A stretch of 64,000 nt of DNA from assembly GCA_910579165.1 (NCBI GenBank), contig CAJTTF010000002.1:41746-105745 (forward strand), in the 5' to 3' direction. Under the pieces are notes generated by a model that saw only the letters and a program-made list of their open reading frames with translations, did not search any database and was not told the DNA's origin. This document shows positions 54,491 to 63,103 of the stretch, one piece after another; the first letter of the stretch is position 1, and each line of letters starts with the position of its first letter. The stretch comes from an uncultured Atopobiaceae bacterium (GTDB lineage: Bacteria > Actinomycetota > Coriobacteriia > Coriobacteriales > Atopobiaceae). The translations under genes were made by a program, and so were the position numbers.

Positions 54491-56860
54491 TTACGCAGCA
54501 TAAGCATCAAAACGGAGACACATAAGAGCAATGTCATCATCAAGATCATTTTGAGAAAAGGCGTAGAGCTCCTTAAGGATAATTTCGGGAATCTCTTCGG
54601 CAGGACTATCAAAATGCTTCATGAGGGCATCGTGAAGCGATAGCTCACCAAAGAACTCGCCCGTCGTAGGCCTTCTCGCCTCAATGGCGCCATCGGTATA
54701 GAGAAGAAGTTGATCTCCAGGTTCCAAAGTTGCATGCCCGTTCTCGTAAATAATCTCACGGAAGGCCCCTACAACACCAGACTGCTTATTGAGCAACTCC
54801 AGCTTTCCCGTCTTGGGCCGCATCACAATTGCGGGTGGATGTCCTGCAGAACAATAAACAAGCTTTCCTGTCTTCATATCAAGAATGCCAACAAATAGCG
54901 TTGCAAACGTTTCCAGCCGAGAAAACCCTAAGAAGAAATCGTTGAGGGAGCGCACCATATGAGCGGGAAGAAGTCCTTCCCAGGCATAAGCGCCAAGAGC
55001 AGTGCGCACGGCCGAGGAAATAGCGGCAGAACCAACGCCCTTTCCCGCGACATCGCCCATGATGATACACGCCTTCTGATTAGGAAGCGCAATGACATCG
55101 TAGAAGTCACCGCCAATTTCCGTTGCCTTGGTAGCAGAATTGTAAAGAGGAACGACCGTAAGGCCCTCAACTTTCTGTGTCTGATTCTCAAGTCCGGCTT
55201 GCAATATTTTGCTGACATAAATGTCTTGGGCAGCGCGATTCTTATCGCGAACAAACAGACAAGCGTCCTGTAAAAAACGCTTATACAGGGTAATTTCAAT
55301 ATGCGAAAGAGGTTCCTCCCCCACAAAATGACCAATTGCAACGGTATGGCGTTTTCCAAGAATCTCAGGGATAACAAATACCGCGCCTACAAGCGGTTTA
55401 CCAAAGACGGCAGCGGTCCATGACGAGAGAATCGAGCCTTCGCCAAAGGGGATCACCGTAACATCAGAAAGCGCACCTTCAAAGGTTTCCAGCATTTCCC
55501 GAATCTCTTCTTCTGGGTGTTCACGTTTGCTTGTCTTACGGTAGGCCTCGTTTTCGATAAGCTCGCGGTACATATCTGCAAGCGTAAAGTCGATATGATG
55601 AAAGACCTTCTCGTTGACCACAGCCGTGCACTCGCCATTCTCATCATTTTTGTAAAAAGCGAGGTACTGAGCATCGAATACGTTTGCATATTTATGGAAC
55701 AGCTTTTGGATATCAGGTTCTATGAGCGTTCCCTGTTGATTTCGCAACGACACCCACATAGCCTCGCTCGTTTGTTGGATTTCATCGGAGCTATTTGTGT
55801 GCATTGAGACAGAGGCGGTGACGAGCTCGTCTGCGTAGTGAGCCGAAAGCAGATCAAGCACGCGAGCGGATTGAGGAGAAAGCTTTGTCTTTCCCTCCCA
55901 TCCAACGATGGTGAACGCAACGACCGTGCCATCAAAAATCACAGGTACGATATAGAACGAGCTCAAAGGAGGGGCAATGTTCGTGGCTATTTTATGTGTC
56001 GTCTTTTCTGATGAAGACTCAGCAAGAAACAAATAGGGCGAGCGCGATTTGGGGCCAGTTCGCGTGTAGCGAACGGTTGATTGATGCTTCATGGCAAGCT
56101 CTGCAAGTGGATCATCTGCGGGAAGATAACCAGGAATATTGTCTTTGTTTAATATGCCCTTACAGCCCTTGAGATGATATCCCTCCGCGTCTGCGAGAAA
56201 GACTCCGGCGCCCTCTGCATCGGTTGCACCCATGAGCTCAGATGACAGTACGCTGTAAATGCCTGAAGGGTCGCCGGATCCAACCGCTTTCACCAACTCC
56301 GACAAGATCCTTTCATTCCCTGAATAACTGGCGACCTCAAGCGCGTCTTTCTCAAGCGTTTCAGTTTGGGGTAATGAATCTTGCTCCCCCGTCTGTGGCA
56401 CTTTAGGAGTCGTTGCGCTTGCGAGCGAATGAATTGCAACTTCAACGGAAGTATCGCTTATTTCCTGCTTCGATTCGTTAGACAAAATTGCTAGAAACAC
56501 CACGCGCTTCTTCTCCCCTACGCCCAGCGCACGAACTTCAACGGGTAAGCATTGAGCGCTATGCGGCACTCTCAACATCATTTTCTGTTTGGTGCCATCA
56601 TGTGTAAAAGGAAGATGGCCTCTGCCTATTGGCTTACCTTCGGGCGAAACAAGCAGTGTTTTGATGTTGGCGTTTAGGATCTTTGGGAGCGAAAGCTCGC
56701 AAAGAGCAGAAAAATTCTTATTAGCCACGAGAATATTGCCATCCTCATCGCATCCACAGAGCGCATCCGATGAGATTGAAAAGAGAGTAACAAGCCCTTC
56801 TGAGGAGAACAAATCAGAAAGATCTGTCTGGTGTTTAAATAATGGGCGCCACGTTGCCAT
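54491..56860 (-). CDS. PAS/GAF sensor-containing PP2C (SpoIIE/RsbU-type) serine phosphatase
   Basis: The C-terminal PP2C has IGGDFYDV, MGDVAGKGVGSA, LLLYTDG and DDDIALMCL. The N-terminus is PAS-like (ALCGCDEDGNILVANKNF), and a central GAF-like region follows. Confidence 0.85.
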   Translation of the reverse strand: MATWRPLFKHQTDLSDLFSSEGLVTLFSISSDALCGCDEDGNILVANKNFSALCELSLPKILNANIKTLLVSPEGKPIGRGHLPFTHDGTKQKMMLRVPHSAQCLPVEVRALGVGEKKRVVFLAILSNESKQEISDTSVEVAIHSLASATTPKVPQTGEQDSLPQTETLEKDALEVASYSGNERILSELVKAVGSGDPSGIYSVLSSELMGATDAEGAGVFLADAEGYHLKGCKGILNKDNIPGYLPADDPLAELAMKHQSTVRYTRTGPKSRSPYLFLAESSSEKTTHKIATNIAPPLSSFYIVPVIFDGTVVAFTIVGWEGKTKLSPQSARVLDLLSAHYADELVTASVSMHTNSSDEIQQTSEAMWVSLRNQQGTLIEPDIQKLFHKYANVFDAQYLAFYKNDENGECTAVVNEKVFHHIDFTLADMYRELIENEAYRKTSKREHPEEEIREMLETFEGALSDVTVIPFGEGSILSSWTAAVFGKPLVGAVFVIPEILGKRHTVAIGHFVGEEPLSHIEITLYKRFLQDACLFVRDKNRAAQDIYVSKILQAGLENQTQKVEGLTVVPLYNSATKATEIGGDFYDVIALPNQKACIIMGDVAGKGVGSAAISSAVRTALGAYAWEGLLPAHMVRSLNDFFLGFSRLETFATLFVGILDMKTGKLVYCSAGHPPAIVMRPKTGKLELLNKQSGVVGAFREIIYENGHATLEPGDQLLLYTDGAIEARRPTTGEFFGELSLHDALMKHFDSPAEEIPEIILKELYAFSQNDLDDDIALMCLRFDAYAA

Positions 56861-56880
56861 TAACTTCCTCGCATTCTAGC

Positions 56881-56918
56881 TCAAGTAAAAAAGCCCGAGA
56901 AAAGCAGTTTTCTCGGGC
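56881..56918 (-). terminator. Rho-independent terminator after tRNA-Leu(GAG)
   Basis: On the minus strand, GCCCGAGAAAA-CTGC-TTTTCTCGGGC forms an 11-bp stem, followed by TTTTTTACTT. Confidence 0.6.
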
Positions 56919-56927
56919 TCAATATAC

Positions 56928-57018
56928 TGGTGTCGGAAGCGGGACTTGAACCCGCACGCCCGTTTAATTGGGCACTAGCACCTCAAGCTAGCGCGTCTGC
57001 CTATTCCGCCACTCCGAC
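56928..57018 (-). tRNA. tRNA-Leu(GAG)
   Basis: 91 nt. The reverse complement GTCGGAGTGGCGGAATAGGCAGACGCGCTAGCTTGAGGTGCTAG has anticodon GAG, followed by a long variable arm, a T-arm and an encoded CCA. Confidence 0.9.
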
Positions 57019-57212
57019 TTAAGTGCGTGATAGATGGTAGCACACCTTTGCCTTCTGGTGCAGCAGATATTTGCAAAAGTCCTTAGCGGATCACGGATAT
57101 GGCCAGGGAGATGACTAAGGATAAGACTAAGGCGCTGGCTAGGCAAAGGGCAATGACTATAGTCTAGGCAGATTTCTAACTAAGCAAATGGCTGTGGTTA
57201 TAAGATTGAATT

Positions 57213-59357
57213 CTAGGAAGCAAGATACATACGAGCAATCGTGTAGACAAGCACGGCAACAACCCAGGCCACAACAAGATTGAAAATGATCGTTCCGACC
57301 GCAAACTTAGAGCTCTTCGATTCAGATGCAATGACAGCAATCGCTGCTATACAGGGGACGTAAAGGAGACAAAACGTAAGGAAACCTAAGGCACTTGCCG
57401 GACCAAAACCAATGCTCGCAAAAGCTTGGTGCCACGTAAGAGGACCAGCAACTCCCGCTATTCCAAATAGAACAGACAATGAAGAAACTATAACTTCCTT
57501 CGCAGAAACTCCCGCTAAGAGCGCCACGGCAAGTCGCCAATCGCCGCAGCCAAAGGGTGCTAAAGCAGGGGCCAGTGCATGACCAATTATACCCGCGAAG
57601 GAGGATGAAAAGTCCTCTTCAACGTAGCCAGCGGGTCCCGTATGAAGCAAGACCCAGATAGCAATAGAAGCAAGAAATATTACGGTGCCAGCTCGAATAA
57701 GGTAGTCCTTCACCTTGTCCCACATATACATCCAAATACTGTGAGCATCGGGCATTTTATAATCAGGAAGCGCAATCAAAAGGCTTGCGTCAACTTCCCC
57801 CTGGCCACTTCGCTTGGCATCAGTTGCGTGTATTATAAGGAGCGTGAGAAGAGCTGTAATGATTCCCAGAAAATACATTCCAAAGGCAACAAGCGCAGCG
57901 TAATTGGCAAAGAATATACCGGCAAGCAGTATGTAGACAGGCAGACGAGCAGAACAACTCATAAAGGAACAGACAAGCATAACGCGCAATTTATCGCGCT
58001 TTGATTCGAGAGTACGTGTTGCAAGAACAGCAGGCACGGTGCAGCCAAATCCCAAAATCATAGGTATGAAGGCTCGGCCAGAAAGACCAAGTTTACTCAT
58101 AATAGTGTCCATCACATACGCAACGCGACTCATATAACCCGAATCTTCTAAAAACGCCAGCGCAAAAAAAAGGATGCAAATATTGGGGAGAAACGTTACA
58201 ACGGTGCCAACGCCGCTAATCACGCCATCGCAGATAAGTGATATGGCCCAATCACTTGCGCCAACGATAGCCAGCCCCTCTCCTACCCTCGCATTGAGGA
58301 AATCAAGTCCCGCCTCAAGCCATTCTTTGCAGGTATTTCCTAGAAAGAACGTAAGAAAGAAGACGAATCCCATAATGCAGAGAAAGATGGGAATAGCAAA
58401 CCATGAGTTGGTGAGAATTCTATCCGCGCTGTCAGTACGCAGAGCGACTTCGTGATTGTTAAACACACATTCGTGGATGATCTCTTGAATAAAGTTGTAA
58501 CGCTCCATGATAAAACGCTGCTCGAAGGAGGCATTTTCCGCCAATATGGCACCCTGTGCCATGTCAGATAAGGCCTCCTGTCCCAGAGGAAAGTCATGGA
58601 GAATGCCCTTATCTCCCTCTAGTTCCTTGATAGCGTACCAACGAGGATTCGCAACATCTGGGTACTGGGCTTCAAAGTGTTCCTGCACAGCATCAATAGC
58701 TACCTCAAGCTCCGCAGAGTAAACAATAACGTTTTCTTCGTGCTTGTAGGACATGCCATCATCGGTTTCATGCAGGTGCTGCACCTTATCAAGACCGGTC
58801 ATCTTGTGGTGATAAACCGCGTGCATCAACGGTTTCAGCCCCTGACGCTTTCGGGCAGAAATGGGAATAACGGGAGCACCAAGCGTCTCAGAGAGGCGAT
58901 GTAGGTCAATCTCGATGCCACGCTTCTCAACGATATCCATCATGTTGAGCGCAACAACAACAGGCTTTTTCAATGCAAGTAATTCGAGCGTCAGATAAAG
59001 CGAACGCTCCAGGCAGCTTGCATCAACAACATCAACGATTACATCGGCCTCATTGCTAAAGACGAGAGATCGTGTGACTTCCTCCTCCATGGTGTAACTC
59101 GTGAGTGAGTAGGTACCAGGAAGGTCGATAAGCTCCATCAAATGGCCGTCAAAGTTGTAAAACCCCTCTTTCCCTTCTACGGTAACTCCGGGCCAGTTGG
59201 CAGTCTTGAGACTCGCTCCGGTAAGAGCGTTAAATAACGTTGTCTTGCCACAATTGGGATTTCCAACAAACGCAACGGTGATGGAAGGATGCATCACCTC
59301 ATCTACGTTCCTTTGAGGTTCTTCAGAGTACGTAAAGTGCCGAGAAAACCTATTCAC
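57213..59357 (-). CDS. feoB: Ferrous iron transporter FeoB
   Basis: N-terminal G-domain (GNPNCGKTTLFNALTG, DLPGTYS, NMMD) followed by a large polytopic membrane domain. GTG start at 59357 has GGGGGGAGG 6 nt upstream and overlaps the feoA end. Confidence 0.95.
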   Translation of the reverse strand: MNRFSRHFTYSEEPQRNVDEVMHPSITVAFVGNPNCGKTTLFNALTGASLKTANWPGVTVEGKEGFYNFDGHLMELIDLPGTYSLTSYTMEEEVTRSLVFSNEADVIVDVVDASCLERSLYLTLELLALKKPVVVALNMMDIVEKRGIEIDLHRLSETLGAPVIPISARKRQGLKPLMHAVYHHKMTGLDKVQHLHETDDGMSYKHEENVIVYSAELEVAIDAVQEHFEAQYPDVANPRWYAIKELEGDKGILHDFPLGQEALSDMAQGAILAENASFEQRFIMERYNFIQEIIHECVFNNHEVALRTDSADRILTNSWFAIPIFLCIMGFVFFLTFFLGNTCKEWLEAGLDFLNARVGEGLAIVGASDWAISLICDGVISGVGTVVTFLPNICILFFALAFLEDSGYMSRVAYVMDTIMSKLGLSGRAFIPMILGFGCTVPAVLATRTLESKRDKLRVMLVCSFMSCSARLPVYILLAGIFFANYAALVAFGMYFLGIITALLTLLIIHATDAKRSGQGEVDASLLIALPDYKMPDAHSIWMYMWDKVKDYLIRAGTVIFLASIAIWVLLHTGPAGYVEEDFSSSFAGIIGHALAPALAPFGCGDWRLAVALLAGVSAKEVIVSSLSVLFGIAGVAGPLTWHQAFASIGFGPASALGFLTFCLLYVPCIAAIAVIASESKSSKFAVGTIIFNLVVAWVVAVLVYTIARMYLAS

Positions 59358-59655
59358 CGTGCGCCTCCCCCCTATCTTGAGATTTGGCGCTAGAAGCGTT
59401 ATTGGAAACCACCTGAGCGATAGTAGGACCTGGCACCTCTTTCACAACAACACAAGAAGTGATGGCAGAACCAACAGCGTAGCGAGATTCTCTCACACGA
59501 ATAATGGCGGTTCCATGACTTTTATTATTGAGGACATCAAGAGCGGTGCCAGGAGTCATGCCAAGGGACTCGAGACGTCGCTCTATAGTAAGGGGCAGGT
59601 TTTGAAAACGAAGTATCTTGTAGGTCTTCCCTATGATGCCGTCACTAAGATACAT
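59350..59655 (-). CDS. feoA: FeoA family protein with a short C-terminal extension
   Basis: SH3-like FeoA pattern (RLESLGMTPGTALDVL....HGTAIIRV..SRYAV). Confidence 0.85.
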   Translation of the reverse strand: MYLSDGIIGKTYKILRFQNLPLTIERRLESLGMTPGTALDVLNNKSHGTAIIRVRESRYAVGSAITSCVVVKEVPGPTIAQVVSNNASSAKSQDRGEAHGE

Positions 59656-59688
59656 AGATGTTCTGATTCTATACGCCAGTTCAACGTT

Positions 59689-60717
59689 CTAAAGGGCAAT
59701 GTTAGACCCTTTGATGGGATAGGGTTTTGCATGCCAGCAAGCACAATAGTGGTCCTTAGTAACTTCACGCATGGGCGGGCGTTCCTTCGTGCACTTCTCG
59801 GTAGCAATGGGACAGCGTGTATGAAAGCGACAACCGCGCGGAGGGTCTACCGGCGATGGCGGATCGCCCTGGAGAATGATGCGATTACGTTTCTTCTGAA
59901 TGTCTGGATTAGGAAGAGGAATCGCAGAAAGAAGCGCCTGGGTGTAAGGATGATAAGGTTCGGCGTAAAGGCCAAGGTAGTCAGAGTGCTCAACGAGAGT
60001 TCCCAGGTACATGACGGCAACCTTAGCAGAGATGTGCTGCACGACAGAAAGATCATGCGCAATGAAAAGATAAGCGGTGCCAAATTCTTTCTGCAAACGA
60101 GCTAGAAGATTGAGCACTTGTGCCTGAATAGAAACGTCAAGAGCTGAAACCGGTTCATCGCAGATGATAAGTCGCGGGCGGAGAGCAAAAGCGCGAGCAA
60201 TTCCAACGCGCTGGCGCTGACCTCCAGAAAACTCATGCGGATAGCGATTGATATGCTCAGGATTGAGGCCAACAATATCAAGGAGATATCGTACAAAATC
60301 GATGCGCTCAGAGCGGTTGGGCATAACGTTGTGAATGACAAGAGGTTCTGAAACAATCTCGCCAATGGTCATACGTGGATTGAGCGAAGCGTATGGATCC
60401 TGAAAGATGAACTGCATATTGCGTCGCATTTCTTTCAGTTTCCTTCCCTTGAGACGAGCAATATCGTTTCCCTCAAAGAGAACACGGCCGCCAGTAGGAC
60501 TCGTAAGACGCATAATAGCGCGCCCAGTTGTTGATTTACCGCAGCCCGACTCTCCTACAAGTCCGAGTGTTTCTCCAGGTGCAATTTCGAACGAGACATC
60601 GTCGACGGCCGAGACCTTCTTAGAAGTGCGACCAGAAAGAATCCCGTTGTTTATAGGGAACTCTTTAGTAAGATGCTCAACTTTGAGGATAGGTTGTTGT
60701 GATGCAGCCTTAGTCAT
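59689..60717 (-). CDS. oppF: Oligopeptide/dipeptide ABC transporter ATP-binding protein (OppF-type)
   Basis: Walker A GESGCGKST, signature FSGGQRQR, Walker B LIICDEPVSALD, and the C-terminal Cys-containing oligopeptide extension (GCRFHTRCP). Confidence 0.9.
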   Translation of the reverse strand: MTKAASQQPILKVEHLTKEFPINNGILSGRTSKKVSAVDDVSFEIAPGETLGLVGESGCGKSTTGRAIMRLTSPTGGRVLFEGNDIARLKGRKLKEMRRNMQFIFQDPYASLNPRMTIGEIVSEPLVIHNVMPNRSERIDFVRYLLDIVGLNPEHINRYPHEFSGGQRQRVGIARAFALRPRLIICDEPVSALDVSIQAQVLNLLARLQKEFGTAYLFIAHDLSVVQHISAKVAVMYLGTLVEHSDYLGLYAEPYHPYTQALLSAIPLPNPDIQKKRNRIILQGDPPSPVDPPRGCRFHTRCPIATEKCTKERPPMREVTKDHYCACWHAKPYPIKGSNIAL

Positions 60718-60719
60718 GC

Positions 60720-62003
60720 TTACTTCGCTTTCTTTGTTGCTGCTGATTTAGTAGTGGAACGCTTTGCAGAAACAGCTTTCTTTGTTGCGGGCTTTGCGAC
60801 AGAACGCTTTGCCGGAGTAGCTTTCTTTGTTGCTGTCTTAGCGGCAGAGCGCTTTGCAGCACTAGCTCTCTTTGCTGTGCCTGCCTTGCTCGTCACCTTC
60901 TTAGTGCGCGTCTTTTTCTCAGCTTCCTCAAGGGAACGAGGATTAACCGGTGCGTTCTTCTTGACAAACTGGGCGTCTCCCGCATAGTGACAGCGCGCGG
61001 AGTGACCCGTCTTGGTCTCGTAGAGAGGCGGTAGTTCTTTACGGCAGAGCTCCGTTGCATAGGGGCAGCGTGGGTGAAATGAGCAACCACTGGGTAGATT
61101 GACCAGAGAGGGCGGGTTACCGTCGATGGGCTTCAGTGGCTTCTTTTCGTACATATCGGGCTCGGGAATGGAGCGCATCAATCCCCATGTATAAGGATGC
61201 AGCGGGTTATAGAAAATTTCATCGGCAGTTCCAAACTCAACGGGACGCCCAGCGTACATGACCATGATTTTATCGGCCATGTTGGCAACAACCCCAAGAT
61301 CATGCGTAATCATAATGATGGCGTTGTTGTTCTTGGCTTGAATCTCCTGCATGAGCTCAACGATTTGAGCCTGAATGGTTACATCAAGCGCCGTCGTTGG
61401 TTCGTCGGCAATGAGAATATCAGGATCACACGCAAGTGCCATAGCGATCATGGCACGCTGACGCATGCCGCCAGAGAATTGATGCGGGTATTCCTTCACG
61501 CGTTGCTCGGCGTTGGGGATGCCAACCATACGAAGGAGTTCAACGGCGCGCGCAAGGGCGTCCCGTTTGGAAGCGCCCAAGTGAATTCGCGGGCCCTCGG
61601 CAAGCTGACGACCAACCGTATAGACCGGATTAAGGGAGGTCATAGGGTCTTGGAAAATCATAGCAATATTGTTTCCACGAATTCCCTGAAGCTCCTTCTC
61701 TGATTTGTTGAGAAGAGACTCACCGCGATACAAAATATCGCCGCCTTCAATTTTTCCAGGAGGCATTTCGATAAGTCCCATGATTGTCATCGCTGTAACC
61801 GACTTACCAGAACCAGACTCCCCCACAACTCCTAACGTCTCGCCTTTGTCAAGCGTGTAAGAGACGCCATTTACGGCCTTAACGATGCCGTCTTTTGTAT
61901 GGAAATACATCTGGAGATTTTTTACCTCCAGAAGATGCGATCCCTCAGGAATGGGCTTGTTCTTAAGGTCTTCACCGCTCATATGTTTCTTTGAAATAGT
62001 CAT
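60720..62003 (-). CDS. oppD: Oligopeptide/dipeptide ABC transporter ATP-binding protein (OppD-type) with a Lys/Ala-rich C-terminal tail
   Basis: Walker A GESGSGKSV, FSGGMRQR, ILIADEPTTALD and GCSFHPRCP. Start at MTISKK (62003) has GGGAGGG upstream. The last 70 aa or so are AKK/AKR repeats. Confidence 0.9.
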   Translation of the reverse strand: MTISKKHMSGEDLKNKPIPEGSHLLEVKNLQMYFHTKDGIVKAVNGVSYTLDKGETLGVVGESGSGKSVTAMTIMGLIEMPPGKIEGGDILYRGESLLNKSEKELQGIRGNNIAMIFQDPMTSLNPVYTVGRQLAEGPRIHLGASKRDALARAVELLRMVGIPNAEQRVKEYPHQFSGGMRQRAMIAMALACDPDILIADEPTTALDVTIQAQIVELMQEIQAKNNNAIIMITHDLGVVANMADKIMVMYAGRPVEFGTADEIFYNPLHPYTWGLMRSIPEPDMYEKKPLKPIDGNPPSLVNLPSGCSFHPRCPYATELCRKELPPLYETKTGHSARCHYAGDAQFVKKNAPVNPRSLEEAEKKTRTKKVTSKAGTAKRASAAKRSAAKTATKKATPAKRSVAKPATKKAVSAKRSTTKSAATKKAK

Positions 62004-62017
62004 TGAATGCCCTCCCT

Positions 62018-63103
62018 TTAGGCATCTTTCATCTTGACATCGAGGGCATCGCGCAAACCATCGCCCAAAAGCGTGAAGGCCAACACCGTCGTGAGGATTG
62101 CAAGACCAGGCATAAGCATGAGCCAAGGCTCAGTTGCTAGATAGGCTTGTCCATCCTGAATCATCGCGCCCCAGCTGGGATTTGGCGGCGTCACGCCCAT
62201 TCCAAGGTAGGACAGAGCGGACTCTGTGAGAATTGCCCCACCTATATTCATAGTTGCATACACGACCACGGAGGCAACAGAATTGGGGAAAATGTGACGG
62301 CCAATGATGCGTCTATCGGAAGCACCCATAGACCGTGCAGCATCCACGTAATCATTCTCTTTAACCGATAAAATCGCCGACCTAAACACGCGTGCAATCG
62401 AAGGCCATCCCAAAATACCAATGGCAATAAATACGTTTTGTATCCCCGATCCCAGTACCGCAAGCATGACAATAACAAAGAGCGTATAAGGGAAGGCGAG
62501 AAAGATATCGGCCAGACGCATGATGATCGTGTCCCAGATACCGCCATAAAAAGCGGCCAGCGCTCCCATAACAAGACCGATAAGCGAGGAAATAGCCGTA
62601 GCAAGAAGACCTACTGCAAGAGAAATGCGTGCGCCGTAGACAACGCGGCAGAGGACGTCGCGGCCAAGCATATCTGTGCCAAAGGGGTGCTGAAGCGATG
62701 GTGGCAAAAGCGAAAGACTCGCCATGTCCTGCGACTCAATGGCCGTAGGAGACCCCAGCATCTGCGGAGCCCAGAGATCCGCAGTCAAGGCCACGAGAAC
62801 CATAATAAGAATCCAGACGGCCCCGATGATAGCAAGCTTATTGCGGCGGAGGCGCCCCCATGCATCAGACCAAAGGGTGCGCGTGGTGTTCTCGCCAGCC
62901 TCAAGACCTACAACCGCATCATACTCTGTGCGATAGTCGGCATGGCGCTCACTCTCATCAACAGCGTGCTGGGCGCTCTTTACTTCCGAGGCAGCCTGTC
63001 GCTTCTCTTCATGTTCAGCAAAGGCCTTATCGGTGCCCTCTTTGAGTTGCTTGGAGAGGAGGTTTTGCTTAGAGGCTTCTTTTTTCTTTTTTAACATAGC
63101 CAT
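62018..63103 (-). CDS. oppC: Oligopeptide ABC transporter permease (OppC-type) with a charged N-terminal extension of about 70 aa
   Basis: BPD_transp_1 pattern (DYVDAARSMGASDRRIIGRHIFPN) and 6 TM segments. Confidence 0.9.
   Translation of the reverse strand: MAMLKKKKEASKQNLLSKQLKEGTDKAFAEHEEKRQAASEVKSAQHAVDESERHADYRTEYDAVVGLEAGENTTRTLWSDAWGRLRRNKLAIIGAVWILIMVLVALTADLWAPQMLGSPTAIESQDMASLSLLPPSLQHPFGTDMLGRDVLCRVVYGARISLAVGLLATAISSLIGLVMGALAAFYGGIWDTIIMRLADIFLAFPYTLFVIVMLAVLGSGIQNVFIAIGILGWPSIARVFRSAILSVKENDYVDAARSMGASDRRIIGRHIFPNSVASVVVYATMNIGGAILTESALSYLGMGVTPPNPSWGAMIQDGQAYLATEPWLMLMPGLAILTTVLAFTLLGDGLRDALDVKMKDA

Noticed and set aside
59656-59688. Fur/IdeR-type iron box upstream of feoA
   Set aside because: Only 33 nt separate oppF from feoA, and I see no A/T-rich palindrome resembling a Fur or DtxR/IdeR operator. 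A promoter, if any, must lie inside oppF.
59359-60105. 248-aa plus-strand ORF spanning the feoA/oppF junction
   Set aside because: It is antisense to two well-supported genes (feoA and oppF) and crosses their intergenic gap. It is Arg-rich junk-like sequence.
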